Of a DNA stretch of 64,000 nt, positions 46,338 to 55,498 are shown piece after piece. The notes under the pieces are model-generated. The model ran no database searches. It saw nothing but the letters and a program-made list of their open reading frames with translations, and had not been told where the DNA came from. How positions within the stretch are numbered: position 1 is the first letter of the stretch; each line of letters opens with the position of its first letter. Origin of the DNA: Microgenomates group bacterium (GTDB lineage: Bacteria > Patescibacteriota > Microgenomatia > Daviesbacterales > UBA10151); the NCBI GenBank assembly GCA_041659805.1, contig JBAZXP010000001.1, positions 320,589-384,588 on the forward strand. The letters run 5' to 3'. A program made the position numbers and the translations under genes.

Positions 46338-47285
46338 ATGAAAAAAGTTTTAGTAATCTTAGGTCCAACTGCTACCGGAAAAACTGATTTGGCATTGGAT
46401 TTGGCCAAAAAATTAAACGGAGAATTAGTTTCCTGTGATTCTAGACAAGTTTATAAGGGATTGGATATTGGAACGGGAAAAATGCCGGGAAAAGATTTAG
46501 GATTTAAGAAATATGATTTAAGATGGGAAATCGATGGCACAGATGTTTGGATGTACGATGTGGCTGATTTTAAGACACAATATACAGTTAAGGATTACGT
46601 TAATCAGGCAGAAAAAGTAATTGAAGATATTATTAATAGAAACAAATTACCGATTATTGTCGGAGGAACAGGATTATATCTAAAGGCGCTTTTGGAAGGC
46701 TTACCGAATTTGCAGATTCCTGTTGATGAAAAATTAAGAATGGAATTAGAGAAACTTCCATTAAATGAGTTACAGGAAAAATTGCAATCACTCTCCCCTG
46801 TCATTTGGAAAAAACTAAATGAATCTGATCAAAAAAATCCGCGCCGTCTTCTCCGCTCTATCGAGCTTATACTTATGAATCCATACATCAAAACAACTCA
46901 AAAGAAAGTGGGAATAAAAGCTAAATATGAGATATTAAAAATAGGATTGACTGCCCCACGGGAAATTTTAAAAAAACGGATTTTTGACCGTTTGTTATCC
47001 AGATTTAAAAATGGGCTAGTGAAAGAATCGATAACTTTAAATAAAAAAGGGTTAACATTTAAGAGGATGAAAAGCTTAGGTTTAGAATACGGGATGTTGG
47101 CAGAACTTTTACAGAAAAAAATAAGCGAAGAACAATTTTTACAAATTCTTAATACCAAAATTTATCAATATTCCAAACGTCAGCTGACATGGTTTAAAAC
47201 TGATAAGAATATTCTATGGTTTGATATAACAGGGAAAAATTCGCGCCAAGAGCTGGAAAAACAGATTCAAAAATGGTATTATTGA
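46338..47285 (+). CDS. miaA: tRNA dimethylallyltransferase
   Basis: 315 aa; ILGPTATGKT P-loop, ...SCDSRQVYKGLDIGTGK... Confidence 0.9.
   Translation: MKKVLVILGPTATGKTDLALDLAKKLNGELVSCDSRQVYKGLDIGTGKMPGKDLGFKKYDLRWEIDGTDVWMYDVADFKTQYTVKDYVNQAEKVIEDIINRNKLPIIVGGTGLYLKALLEGLPNLQIPVDEKLRMELEKLPLNELQEKLQSLSPVIWKKLNESDQKNPRRLLRSIELILMNPYIKTTQKKVGIKAKYEILKIGLTAPREILKKRIFDRLLSRFKNGLVKESITLNKKGLTFKRMKSLGLEYGMLAELLQKKISEEQFLQILNTKIYQYSKRQLTWFKTDKNILWFDITGKNSRQELEKQIQKWYY
46875..46888. repeat. Near-palindrome ATGAATCCATACAT inside miaA (copy 3 of 3, one mismatch)
   Basis: 24 of 25 nt are identical to the recA-upstream copy including flanks (cttATG[A/T]ATCCATACATcaaaaca). It encodes MNPYIKT within MiaA. 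Confidence 0.5.
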
Positions 47286-47289
47286 GCCC

Positions 47290-48258
47290 ATGACCAGACG
47301 TATTGACATCTCTTACCGGACGATTATTTTTATCGCTATTTTTTTGTGTTTTCTCTGGATTCTTTTTAAGATTGTTGACATAATTTTGTTGTTCTTTGTG
47401 GCTTTTATTTTTATGTCGGCCCTTTCTCCTCTGGTTGATAGATTAACCAGGTTTAAAATCCCCCGTGTAATTGCAGTATTGCTCGTATTTTTGTTAGTTA
47501 TAAGCGCAATAATCGGCCTGTTTACCATAGGTCTGACACCACTTATCACACAAACCAGTAATTTAACACAAAAATTAATCGATGTAACGGATACTCTTTT
47601 GAAGGCACATATTATTGATCAATCGGTTATCAAACAGGAGTTAACCGGTTTTTCAGGACAACTTGTTAATGTGACAGTAGATATTTTTAAAAATTTCATT
47701 GCACTGGTTAGTACCATGGTTATTACTATATATATGATGCTGGACCGGAAAAAGATCGAAGATTACGGAACTTCCTTTTTTGGCAACAGACAAGATCAAG
47801 CACAGGTGCTGCTTCGAAGGATAGAAGATAAGCTGGGTGCCTGGCTTCGTGGACAGGTCGTATTGTCTTTTGTTATCGGCATCAGTGTTTATTTTGGATT
47901 AACTATTTTAGGAATTGAATATGCTTTGCCTTTAGCCATAATTGCAGGACTCTTAGAAGTGGTACCTGTTATTGGTCCGATTGTTTCTGCTATTCCGGCA
48001 GTGCTTATTGCTCTAACAGTCTCCCCTATTTTTGCAGGAGTAATTGCGGGATTTTATTTGGTGATACAACAACTTGAAGGTCATTTTATTGTGCCTCAGG
48101 TGATGAAAAGAGCTGTCGGATTAAATCCGCTACTCGTAATTTTGGCTATTTCAGTAGGGGGTAGGTTACTTGGCATAGGCGGGGCACTTTTAGCAGTACC
48201 TATTGCAGTGGTTATTCAGTTGATTATTCAGGAAGGCCTTAGGGCATCTGACAGCTAA
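47290..48258 (+). CDS. AI-2E family transporter (PerM/YhhT, UPF0118)
   Basis: 322 aa with eight TM helices; C-terminal ...LEGHFIVPQVMKRAVGLNPLLVILAI...GALLAVPIA... signature. Confidence 0.85.
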   Translation: MTRRIDISYRTIIFIAIFLCFLWILFKIVDIILLFFVAFIFMSALSPLVDRLTRFKIPRVIAVLLVFLLVISAIIGLFTIGLTPLITQTSNLTQKLIDVTDTLLKAHIIDQSVIKQELTGFSGQLVNVTVDIFKNFIALVSTMVITIYMMLDRKKIEDYGTSFFGNRQDQAQVLLRRIEDKLGAWLRGQVVLSFVIGISVYFGLTILGIEYALPLAIIAGLLEVVPVIGPIVSAIPAVLIALTVSPIFAGVIAGFYLVIQQLEGHFIVPQVMKRAVGLNPLLVILAISVGGRLLGIGGALLAVPIAVVIQLIIQEGLRASDS

Positions 48259-48297
48259 GTTTTTTTGATTTCAGCCTCAAATTGCAGTATAATACAC

Positions 48298-48584
48298 ATG
48301 CCTAGGAAGTTGGATGATACTACGTTCAGTTACATGAACGCAGAGGAAAGTCCAGACAGCATAGAGCAGGGTGGACGGTGTAAGCCGTCAGTCGTAAGAC
48401 CTAGTTAGAGCAACAGTGACGAACCGAGGTCAAGCTCGGGTGAAACGGGCAATCCTCCCCGCTGCAATCCTAGAATGACTGAGCTGCTCGCTCTTTAGTC
48501 TAAATCAGGAGCGTTAGATAGATTTCATCACTTTTTACGCAAGTGAAAAGCACAGAATCTGGCTTATAGGCTTCCTAGGCACAA
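48298..48584 (+). ncRNA. rnpB: RNase P RNA (bacterial type, reduced to about 285 nt)
   Basis: P1 GCCUAGGAAG...CUUCCUAGGC, P4 5' strand GAGGAAAGUCCAGAC, AUAGAGCAGGGUG, GGUGUAAGCC, GCAACAGUGACGAACC, GGGUGAAACGGGC, and P4 3' strand CACAGAAUCUGGCUUAUAGGC. A TATAAT box at 48286-48291 lies just upstream. Confidence 0.7.
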
Positions 48585-48638
48585 AAAAAATTCTTCCTTC
48601 CCTTTTTTTACTAATTGTCATTATAATAAGAGAAATAT

Positions 48639-49070
48639 ATGGAAAATATGGCAATCGAGACAGTGGAAAATTTGAAAACAAAATTTGCTCCCGCTAAAAA
48701 TGCATATCAGCTTCATAAAAATACCCTTTCACCTTTAGATAAATTTGCCATGTTTATCACTAATATTGTGGGAACAATGGGATTTTTTCTAATTTGTTGT
48801 ATGTTGGTACTTATTCCACTATTTGTAACGTCGACTTTACCCGTTATTCAATATGTTTCTTCAGGGATTTTGCAATTAATTTTTTTGCCCCTTATTATGG
48901 TTGGTCAAAATCTGCAGGGTAGGTATGCAGAAATCAGGGCTCAACATGATTTTGATACAAATGTAAAAGCTGAAAAAGAAATAGAAACAATTCTTTTGCA
49001 TTTAGAAAAACAAGATCAAATTATGATGGATATTCTTCATAAAATAGAGAAACTGGAAACAAAGAAGTAG
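48639..49070 (+). CDS. DUF1003-like two-TM membrane protein
   Basis: 143 aa; two TM helices then ...QNLQGRYAEIRAQHDFDTNVKAEKEIE..., which resembles the DUF1003 signature. Family recalled by eye. Confidence 0.45.
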   Translation: MENMAIETVENLKTKFAPAKNAYQLHKNTLSPLDKFAMFITNIVGTMGFFLICCMLVLIPLFVTSTLPVIQYVSSGILQLIFLPLIMVGQNLQGRYAEIRAQHDFDTNVKAEKEIETILLHLEKQDQIMMDILHKIEKLETKK

Positions 49071-49111
49071 CACTCTTTACTTATTTAACTCAAATAGTTT
49101 AAGCTAGGATT

Positions 49112-50461
49112 GTGAGTAACATAGCACAAATTTTTGAAAAAAAATCACTGGTTGTAGTTTTTGCTTATATGTCCGCCGGTTTAGGTCACCTTCGAATCAC
49201 AGATGCATTATTTCATGGGTTGCCTGATGAAGTTGATCCTTTGCTCTTTGCCCCTGAAGATCCATTGACGTCCTTTTTTCATAGGATGACTTCCGTAAAT
49301 GCTCTTGCTAAAAGAATCTTAGAATGGTCACAAAATGGTACACCTGAAGATATTTACACTAAATTTTTCCGTTGGTTTTTACGGTCTAATACAGAAAAAA
49401 TTTATAATGATCTCTCTTTAGTTTATGCTCAAAGAACGAGTTTGCCAAAAACTGTTTTAATTGTTTGCACACATTTTGGTATGGCGTTACAGTTTGTGGC
49501 AATTAAGAAAAAATTTGAACAAGAAAAACACGTTAAGATAATTATTGTGATGCAGGTTACTGATGATTCACCTCAGCATCTTTGGTATGTGCCGGGAGTT
49601 GATATGACTTTTGTGCCAAGTGAAAAAACAAAACAAGAGCTGTTAGCCTATGGTAGAAAGCATAAACTTGGAGAGGTTCCGATGGAGGTTTTTCCTTATC
49701 CGGTTGATCCAATCATGGAAGTAAATTTAAACGATGATGAGTATCTGGAGAGGTTAAATCAACTTGATTCGAAGTCAAAAGCTTCAATTCATTTAGCAAT
49801 TCCGGTTTCAGGAGCAGCAGTGGGGATGACGTTTTTGACCCATATGATAGACACTCTTTATGATAAGTCAGAGAGATTTGTTTTTCATATTATTTCCAAA
49901 TCCACACCTTTTACACAAGATTTCTTAAAAGATATGGTAAATAGACCTTTTGTTAAGTTTGAAGTTTCTTTTTCATCACGGGAGATAATTGATAAGTACG
50001 CAGATCTTTATAAAAGACATGTAATTTCAATGGAAATTACAAAGCCATCTGAACAAGCGTTTAAAGCGCTGTTTTGTCCTAGGCAAAAAGGAGGAACAAT
50101 ACTTTTATTTTCTGAACCAGTTGGAAGACAAGAGTTTGATAATCTGAATTTTTTAAGAAGGCATCATTTGATTCCATTAAAAAGTGAAATGGATAAATTA
50201 TGGTATGAAGCAGAAAAGGGACTGATTATTGATGGGGGAGGGAAATGGATTATAGAAAATGCTAAACATTGGCGTGGTTTGGTTTTACCTCAAGGATCTC
50301 AGGCAGCAGCTGCTTTTATTTGGTGGTGTTTACAACAAGGAGTATTTAAAGAAATGGTTAAGAATTTTTATTGTCCTAAAGAGGATACAGAAGAACTCGG
50401 TTCTGATGGTGTCAGAAAATTTTGGGAAAAAGTAGGGGAGATTGTTGAGGAAAAAGCTTAG
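49112..50461 (+). CDS. Hypothetical protein, possibly a GT-B fold glycosyltransferase
   Basis: 449 aa, GTG start; the N-terminal ...VVVFAYMSAGLGHLRITDAL... is a G-x-G-H motif like GT28/MGDG-synthase N-domains. Weak. Confidence 0.3.
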   Translation: MSNIAQIFEKKSLVVVFAYMSAGLGHLRITDALFHGLPDEVDPLLFAPEDPLTSFFHRMTSVNALAKRILEWSQNGTPEDIYTKFFRWFLRSNTEKIYNDLSLVYAQRTSLPKTVLIVCTHFGMALQFVAIKKKFEQEKHVKIIIVMQVTDDSPQHLWYVPGVDMTFVPSEKTKQELLAYGRKHKLGEVPMEVFPYPVDPIMEVNLNDDEYLERLNQLDSKSKASIHLAIPVSGAAVGMTFLTHMIDTLYDKSERFVFHIISKSTPFTQDFLKDMVNRPFVKFEVSFSSREIIDKYADLYKRHVISMEITKPSEQAFKALFCPRQKGGTILLFSEPVGRQEFDNLNFLRRHHLIPLKSEMDKLWYEAEKGLIIDGGGKWIIENAKHWRGLVLPQGSQAAAAFIWWCLQQGVFKEMVKNFYCPKEDTEELGSDGVRKFWEKVGEIVEEKA

Positions 50462-51621
50462 GTTATAGCTGCGCTTGTTGGAAGAAAAATACTGACTGTT
50501 GTGCCCTTTCCTTCTAAGCTATTTATATTAATATTGCCCTTATGAGCATCAATAATGGATTTACTGATAAAAAGTCCCAAACCCAGTCCGCTTGATAGTT
50601 CAGTTAAAGATTTTGTTGCTCCGTAGAATTTTTGAAACAGACGCGGAATCATATCCGGTGCGATGCCTTTGCCCTTGTCTGATACATGAATCGAAATTCC
50701 TTCCGGTTGCTTTTCCAGCTCGATTGTAACTTGCCCACCCGGATCACTATATTTAATACCATTGCCTATGATATTTGAAAATGCCTCTACGAGTAAGCTG
50801 GTATCTCCTAAAATAACAGGATATGGTTTTTGAGATTCTCCCACTGTTATTTTCATATTTTTTTCTCGGGCATTCGGGAGAAGACCTTCAATCGTTTGTT
50901 GGATAATATTTTCTATATCAATAGGTTTCAGATTTACTTTCAGCTCGCCTTTTTCAACCTTAGAAAGATTTAATAAATTCTCAATTAAAAATCCCATTCT
51001 ATCTGCTCCGATAATGGTTGAATCCAAAAACTCTTTTTCTTCGGAATTTAATTTCGGTGTAATTGAACTCTTTAAAATAAAAAGGTATCCTTTGATTGCA
51101 GTAAGTGGCGTTCTTAATTGATGGGCTGCAATTGCCACGAAGTTTAGTTTCATTTCCTCAAGCGCTATTTGTTTTGTAATGTCTTCTATGACATAGATAT
51201 TTCCTATTCCCAGATTTGATAGAGGATATGTTTTGACATTCACATCTAATTCTTCCTGGTCAATGGTTGTAAGTTCAACTTGAAAATTACGTTGGTCAGT
51301 GCTTTCAGATTTCGGTAAAACTTGGTCAATCGGTTTGCTTTGAGTTGCAGCCCAGGAAATTTTTAATATTTCCAAAGCCTTTCTGTTAACCCAAATAATA
51401 AGACCCAGATTATCTGTAACAATAACCCCGTCTTTAATTACTTGAGTAATTTCTTCAAAAATTTCTTTTTGTTTTTTTGCCTTTTGAAAATCAGGGCTTA
51501 TCAATATCTTTTCTGTAATTTTTTCTTTAACAGTATTTGAAACGAAGAGTCTTCCGATAAAAAAACCTATTGCTAAAAAAACCAAACTGATAATTACAGT
51601 CAGGGGCAGAACTAACTCCAT
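50458..51621 (-). CDS. Sensor histidine kinase (TM, PAS, HisKA, HATPase_c) with no adjacent response regulator
   Basis: 387 aa; H-box AAHQLRTPLTAIKGY; GxGxG ATP lid (GLGLGL). Confidence 0.85.
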   Translation of the reverse strand: MELVLPLTVIISLVFLAIGFFIGRLFVSNTVKEKITEKILISPDFQKAKKQKEIFEEITQVIKDGVIVTDNLGLIIWVNRKALEILKISWAATQSKPIDQVLPKSESTDQRNFQVELTTIDQEELDVNVKTYPLSNLGIGNIYVIEDITKQIALEEMKLNFVAIAAHQLRTPLTAIKGYLFILKSSITPKLNSEEKEFLDSTIIGADRMGFLIENLLNLSKVEKGELKVNLKPIDIENIIQQTIEGLLPNAREKNMKITVGESQKPYPVILGDTSLLVEAFSNIIGNGIKYSDPGGQVTIELEKQPEGISIHVSDKGKGIAPDMIPRLFQKFYGATKSLTELSSGLGLGLFISKSIIDAHKGNININSLEGKGTTVSIFLPTSAAIT

Positions 51622-51656
51622 ATATCAATCCTAGCACATTTGTTATACTGATTTTA

Positions 51657-53177
51657 ATGTTAGCTAAGGTAATATCCGGAGCCAATATTGGGATAGAATC
51701 CGTTCCTGTAACTGTTGAAATTGATATCGCTTCTCAAGGTTTACCCAGTTTCACTTTAGTAGGACTGGCTGATAGGGCTGTGGAAGAATCGCGTGAGAGG
51801 GTCAGGTCTGCCCTAAAAAATACCGGTGCAGATTTTCCTGCTAAAAGAATTACAGTGAACCTTGCTCCTGCTGATTTGCCTAAAGTAGGACCTGCTTTTG
51901 ATTTACCAATTGCTTTAGGATTGTTAGTTGCTTCAGGTCAGGTGGTTGCTGATTTATCAGACGCAATGTTAGTGGGAGAATTATCACTTGATGGAAGCTT
52001 GAGGTCTACTAATGGTGTTTTGGCTTTTACAATTTTGGCTAAAAGTTTAGGATTAAAGAGAATTTTTGTGCCAATTGATAATGCTAAAGAAGCAGCAGTT
52101 GTAGATGGAATTGAGGTTTATGGATTTGAAAATTTGCTGGAAGTATTTAACTTTTTAACAGGATCTTTAGAAAAATCTCCTGAGCCTTTATCAGATTTAG
52201 ACTTAGCCAGTGAATTACTTTATGAATATGATTTTAGAGAAATTAAAGGACAAAATCAGGCCAAAAGAGCAATGGAAATTGCAGCTGCTGGGGGACATAA
52301 CGTAATTTTAAAAGGACCACCAGGAGCTGGAAAAACATTACTAGCCCGGGCCTTTCCTTCTATTTTGCCAAAATTAACAAAAGATGAGGCTTTGGAAATT
52401 ACAAAGATATATTCTGTAACAGGAAATTTATCCAAAGGTTCATCACTTATTACCACCCGTCCATTCCGTTCTCCCCATCACACTGCGTCGTATGTTGGGA
52501 TTATCGGTGGAGGAAATAATATAAAACCTGGTGAGGTATCGCTTGCTCACCGGGGCGTATTATTTTTGGATGAATTACCAGAATTTCCCAGACAAGTGTT
52601 GGAGGCATTGCGACAACCGATAGAAGACAGAAAGGTTTCTATATCCCGCGCTAACGGAACTTTAACTTTTCCTTGTCAGTTTATACTACTGGCTGCCCAT
52701 AACCCGTGTCCTTGTGGATTTTTGGGTAGTTTAAAAAAGAATTGTTCTTGTTTGCCTGGACAAATTGCCAGATATAAAAAGAAAATCTCAGGGCCACTTT
52801 TAGATAGAATAGATATTCATTTAGATATACCTGCAGTAGAAGTTGAAAAATTAACAGGTGAAGAGGTGCCGGAAGATTCTAAAACAATAAGAGAAAGGGT
52901 AGAAGGCGCCCGAAAAATACAACAAAAAAGATTTAAAGGAAGCAGCACAATAACAAATTCTGAAATGAATAATATTCAAATAAAACAATATTGCGAGATT
53001 TCAAGAGATGCTTTAGAGCTTTTAAAGATGGCTATTTCCCAAATGAATTTATCTGCCAGAAGTTATTATAGAGTTTTAAAACTTTCCAGAACAATTGCAG
53101 ATCTTTCGAATTCTGAAGGAATTTTACCAGAACACATTGCAGAAGCTTTAACCTATAGATATAGGGAAGAAAATTGA
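51657..53177 (+). CDS. comM: YifB/ComM family Mg-chelatase-like AAA+ ATPase
   Basis: 506 aa; N-terminal Lon-like ChlI domain, GPPGAGKT Walker A, ...LDELPEF... Walker B. Confidence 0.88.
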   Translation: MLAKVISGANIGIESVPVTVEIDIASQGLPSFTLVGLADRAVEESRERVRSALKNTGADFPAKRITVNLAPADLPKVGPAFDLPIALGLLVASGQVVADLSDAMLVGELSLDGSLRSTNGVLAFTILAKSLGLKRIFVPIDNAKEAAVVDGIEVYGFENLLEVFNFLTGSLEKSPEPLSDLDLASELLYEYDFREIKGQNQAKRAMEIAAAGGHNVILKGPPGAGKTLLARAFPSILPKLTKDEALEITKIYSVTGNLSKGSSLITTRPFRSPHHTASYVGIIGGGNNIKPGEVSLAHRGVLFLDELPEFPRQVLEALRQPIEDRKVSISRANGTLTFPCQFILLAAHNPCPCGFLGSLKKNCSCLPGQIARYKKKISGPLLDRIDIHLDIPAVEVEKLTGEEVPEDSKTIRERVEGARKIQQKRFKGSSTITNSEMNNIQIKQYCEISRDALELLKMAISQMNLSARSYYRVLKLSRTIADLSNSEGILPEHIAEALTYRYREEN

Positions 53178-53219
53178 GATAAGTATATTGTTTTTGTATA
53201 TCAAATTTGATATAATCCT

Positions 53220-53576
53220 ATGGAATTCAAGATAATTTTTTATAAGGATAAATTAGGAAATAATCTTATTGAAAAGTTTCTTCTTGAGTTAGAGAAAAGT
53301 AATAAGGTTCTGGTATCTCAAGTTCGAAAAGGAATTGAGAAACTAAGATATAGAGCTTATCATAAAGAACCTTTATCGAAATATTTGGAATTAAATTTGT
53401 GGGAACTCAGAGTCAAATCAGGATCAGATATTTTAAGGATTATATTTACTTTTAATAAGGGACAGATAGTAATCTTATTACATATATTTATTAAAAAACA
53501 GCAGAAAACTCCAGTAAATGAGTTGGAAATAGCTAGAAAAAGATTAAGAGAATTAAATAACAAAGGAGAAAAATAA
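53220..53576 (+). CDS. Type II toxin, RelE/ParE superfamily (HigB/Gp49-like)
   Basis: 118 aa; ...LWELRVKSGSDILRIIFTFNKGQIVILLHIFIKKQQKTP..., followed 1 nt later by an XRE HTH gene in the toxin-first HigBA layout. Confidence 0.6.
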   Translation: MEFKIIFYKDKLGNNLIEKFLLELEKSNKVLVSQVRKGIEKLRYRAYHKEPLSKYLELNLWELRVKSGSDILRIIFTFNKGQIVILLHIFIKKQQKTPVNELEIARKRLRELNNKGEK

Positions 53577-53577
53577 A

Positions 53578-53901
53578 ATGAAAAGAATAAAAGATGATCT
53601 GGATAGATTAACAGAAAAACTTTTAAAACAGGACCCTTCTTTTAAAGAGGAAATGGATAAGGCTGATCAAGCTTGGGATATTGCCTTGCAACTTTTTGAT
53701 TTAAGAAAAAAAATGGGGTTAACTCAAACGGAACTGGCAAAATTAGTCGGTACAAAACAATCTAATATTGCCAGGATTGAGTCTGCCGATTATACGGGCT
53801 ATACTTTCAAAACCTTAGAAAAAGTAACTAAAGCATTAAAAGCAAAATTAGAGATTAAAATCATTCCTCAAAATCAGTACAAACTGCTTAATCGTTTATA
53901 A
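53578..53901 (+). CDS. XRE-family HTH antitoxin (HigA-like)
   Basis: 107 aa; MGLTQTELAKLVGTKQSNIARIE is a helix-turn-helix. Confidence 0.65.
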   Translation: MKRIKDDLDRLTEKLLKQDPSFKEEMDKADQAWDIALQLFDLRKKMGLTQTELAKLVGTKQSNIARIESADYTGYTFKTLEKVTKALKAKLEIKIIPQNQYKLLNRL

Positions 53902-53940
53902 TTTTATGGATATTGAGAAGAGAATTGATATAATCACTTT

Positions 53941-54402
53941 ATGAAAAGAGGAGTTGGTTATATTGGTGTTGGTGTGGGGGCAGCAATCTTTAATGATGAA
54001 GGGCAATTATTTATTACTCTTCGCGGAAAAGACGCTAAAAATGAACGGGGAAAATGGGAAATTCCTGGTGGAAGTGTGGAATATGGAGAAACTTTTGAAG
54101 AGGCCATAAAACGTGAAATAAAAGAAGAGCATGGAATAGAGATTAAAATTCTTGAATTGCTTGGAATATGTGATCATATAATTCCTGATGAACATCAACA
54201 TTGGGTTTCTCCCACCTATATTTGTAAAATTATAAAAGGAAAACCAAAAATTTTAGAGCCTAATAAATGTGAGCAATTTGGGTGGTTCTCAATTAAAGAA
54301 GCTGAAAAACTTCCATTATCAATAGTAACAAAATATGATATTCTTTTGCTAAAAAAGAAATACCCTAATGGTTTTAAAGTTGTAAAGAGACCTACAAGTT
54401 AA
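53941..54402 (+). CDS. NUDIX hydrolase
   Basis: 153 aa; Nudix box GGSVEYGETFEEAIKREIKEEHGIE. Confidence 0.85.
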   Translation: MKRGVGYIGVGVGAAIFNDEGQLFITLRGKDAKNERGKWEIPGGSVEYGETFEEAIKREIKEEHGIEIKILELLGICDHIIPDEHQHWVSPTYICKIIKGKPKILEPNKCEQFGWFSIKEAEKLPLSIVTKYDILLLKKKYPNGFKVVKRPTS

Positions 54403-55184
54403 GAATCTTTTTTTAAGGCTAAAGCTTTCTCGCGTCTTTTCATAAATCTATTGAATTTTCTACTTGGTTCAATAACCATACTAGCAAATGATTGTTGAGC
54501 TAAAGTAAAGATAGTAAGGGATTCTTTTTCATCGCGATAAAATACGCTGGTTCTTTTTTCTTCAATATCCTGACGTAAATTGCGTTCATATCCGGTAACA
54601 ACTCTACCAACCGTTGTGTAATGTGAATCTGTTCCTCCAATAGCTGCACCAAGTTGATTTTGGTAATCTAAATAAAGATCTCTGGCGTTGTGATTTGCAT
54701 TACTGCGACGAATATCAAATACTCCACCATTAAATATTTCAAAACCATCGAAATAAATTCCGCTATCTTGATTGTTAATAATGGACAGTACCTTATTTTT
54801 CATTAAGGAACGGGTGAAAGCATATAACGGGTGGGGAGCTATTACTAAACCATTTTGTTTATGAATTTGCTCAATTGTCCATTCTACAGACTCACCACTG
54901 TGAATTTCTTCCTGTAAATATAATCCAATCAGATGTCCATTTTTAGTACTTATTTCACTTCCTATAATAACTTCCAAAGGAATATTATGTTTTAAACAAT
55001 AGTCTTTAGCTTGTAGGGCACCATGTATTACTTCATGATCTGTGATGGCAATTGCAGATAAGCCAATCGTATGTGCTAAATCCACCATGTATTCTGGAGG
55101 CGCTAATCCATCTGAACTGGTGGTATGAATATGGAGATCTGCCAAGGATAAATTTTCTGAATACCTTCCCCAGAATTCATTCAT
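54399..55184 (-). CDS. PHP-domain (polymerase/histidinol phosphatase-like) metal-dependent phosphoesterase
   Basis: 261 aa; LADLHIHTTSSDG...AITDHE... His-rich PHP motifs. Confidence 0.8.
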   Translation of the reverse strand: MNEFWGRYSENLSLADLHIHTTSSDGLAPPEYMVDLAHTIGLSAIAITDHEVIHGALQAKDYCLKHNIPLEVIIGSEISTKNGHLIGLYLQEEIHSGESVEWTIEQIHKQNGLVIAPHPLYAFTRSLMKNKVLSIINNQDSGIYFDGFEIFNGGVFDIRRSNANHNARDLYLDYQNQLGAAIGGTDSHYTTVGRVVTGYERNLRQDIEEKRTSVFYRDEKESLTIFTLAQQSFASMVIEPSRKFNRFMKRREKALALKKDS

Positions 55185-55465
55185 AAAGAAGTGGTGATTT
55201 TTTTGAGATTATCAAAATCAGAATTTAAAACTTCAGGGTTAATTGTTTCTAGTTCAGTTTTTAAATTAGTTGATTTATCAAAGTTATATATAATTTCTGT
55301 CGGAGTTGGGATAAGGGTGGGCTTTGAATTTTGATTGTTTGGTAAGGCTGTCATAGGTTCAGTTTTTACCTGTGCTTTTGTTCTATTGAAAACTAAATTT
55401 CCTAAAAATATTAATATTGAAATAAGTATTAAACTTAAAAAAAATGTAACTAATCTATTTTTCAT
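55181..55465 (-). CDS. Small secreted or membrane-anchored protein (hypothetical)
   Basis: 94 aa with an N-terminal TM or signal segment; overlaps the PHP gene start by 4 nt. Confidence 0.35.
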   Translation of the reverse strand: MKNRLVTFFLSLILISILIFLGNLVFNRTKAQVKTEPMTALPNNQNSKPTLIPTPTEIIYNFDKSTNLKTELETINPEVLNSDFDNLKKITTSL

Positions 55466-55498
55466 AATTTTTTCTTAAAAATTTCAAACTTGTTTATA

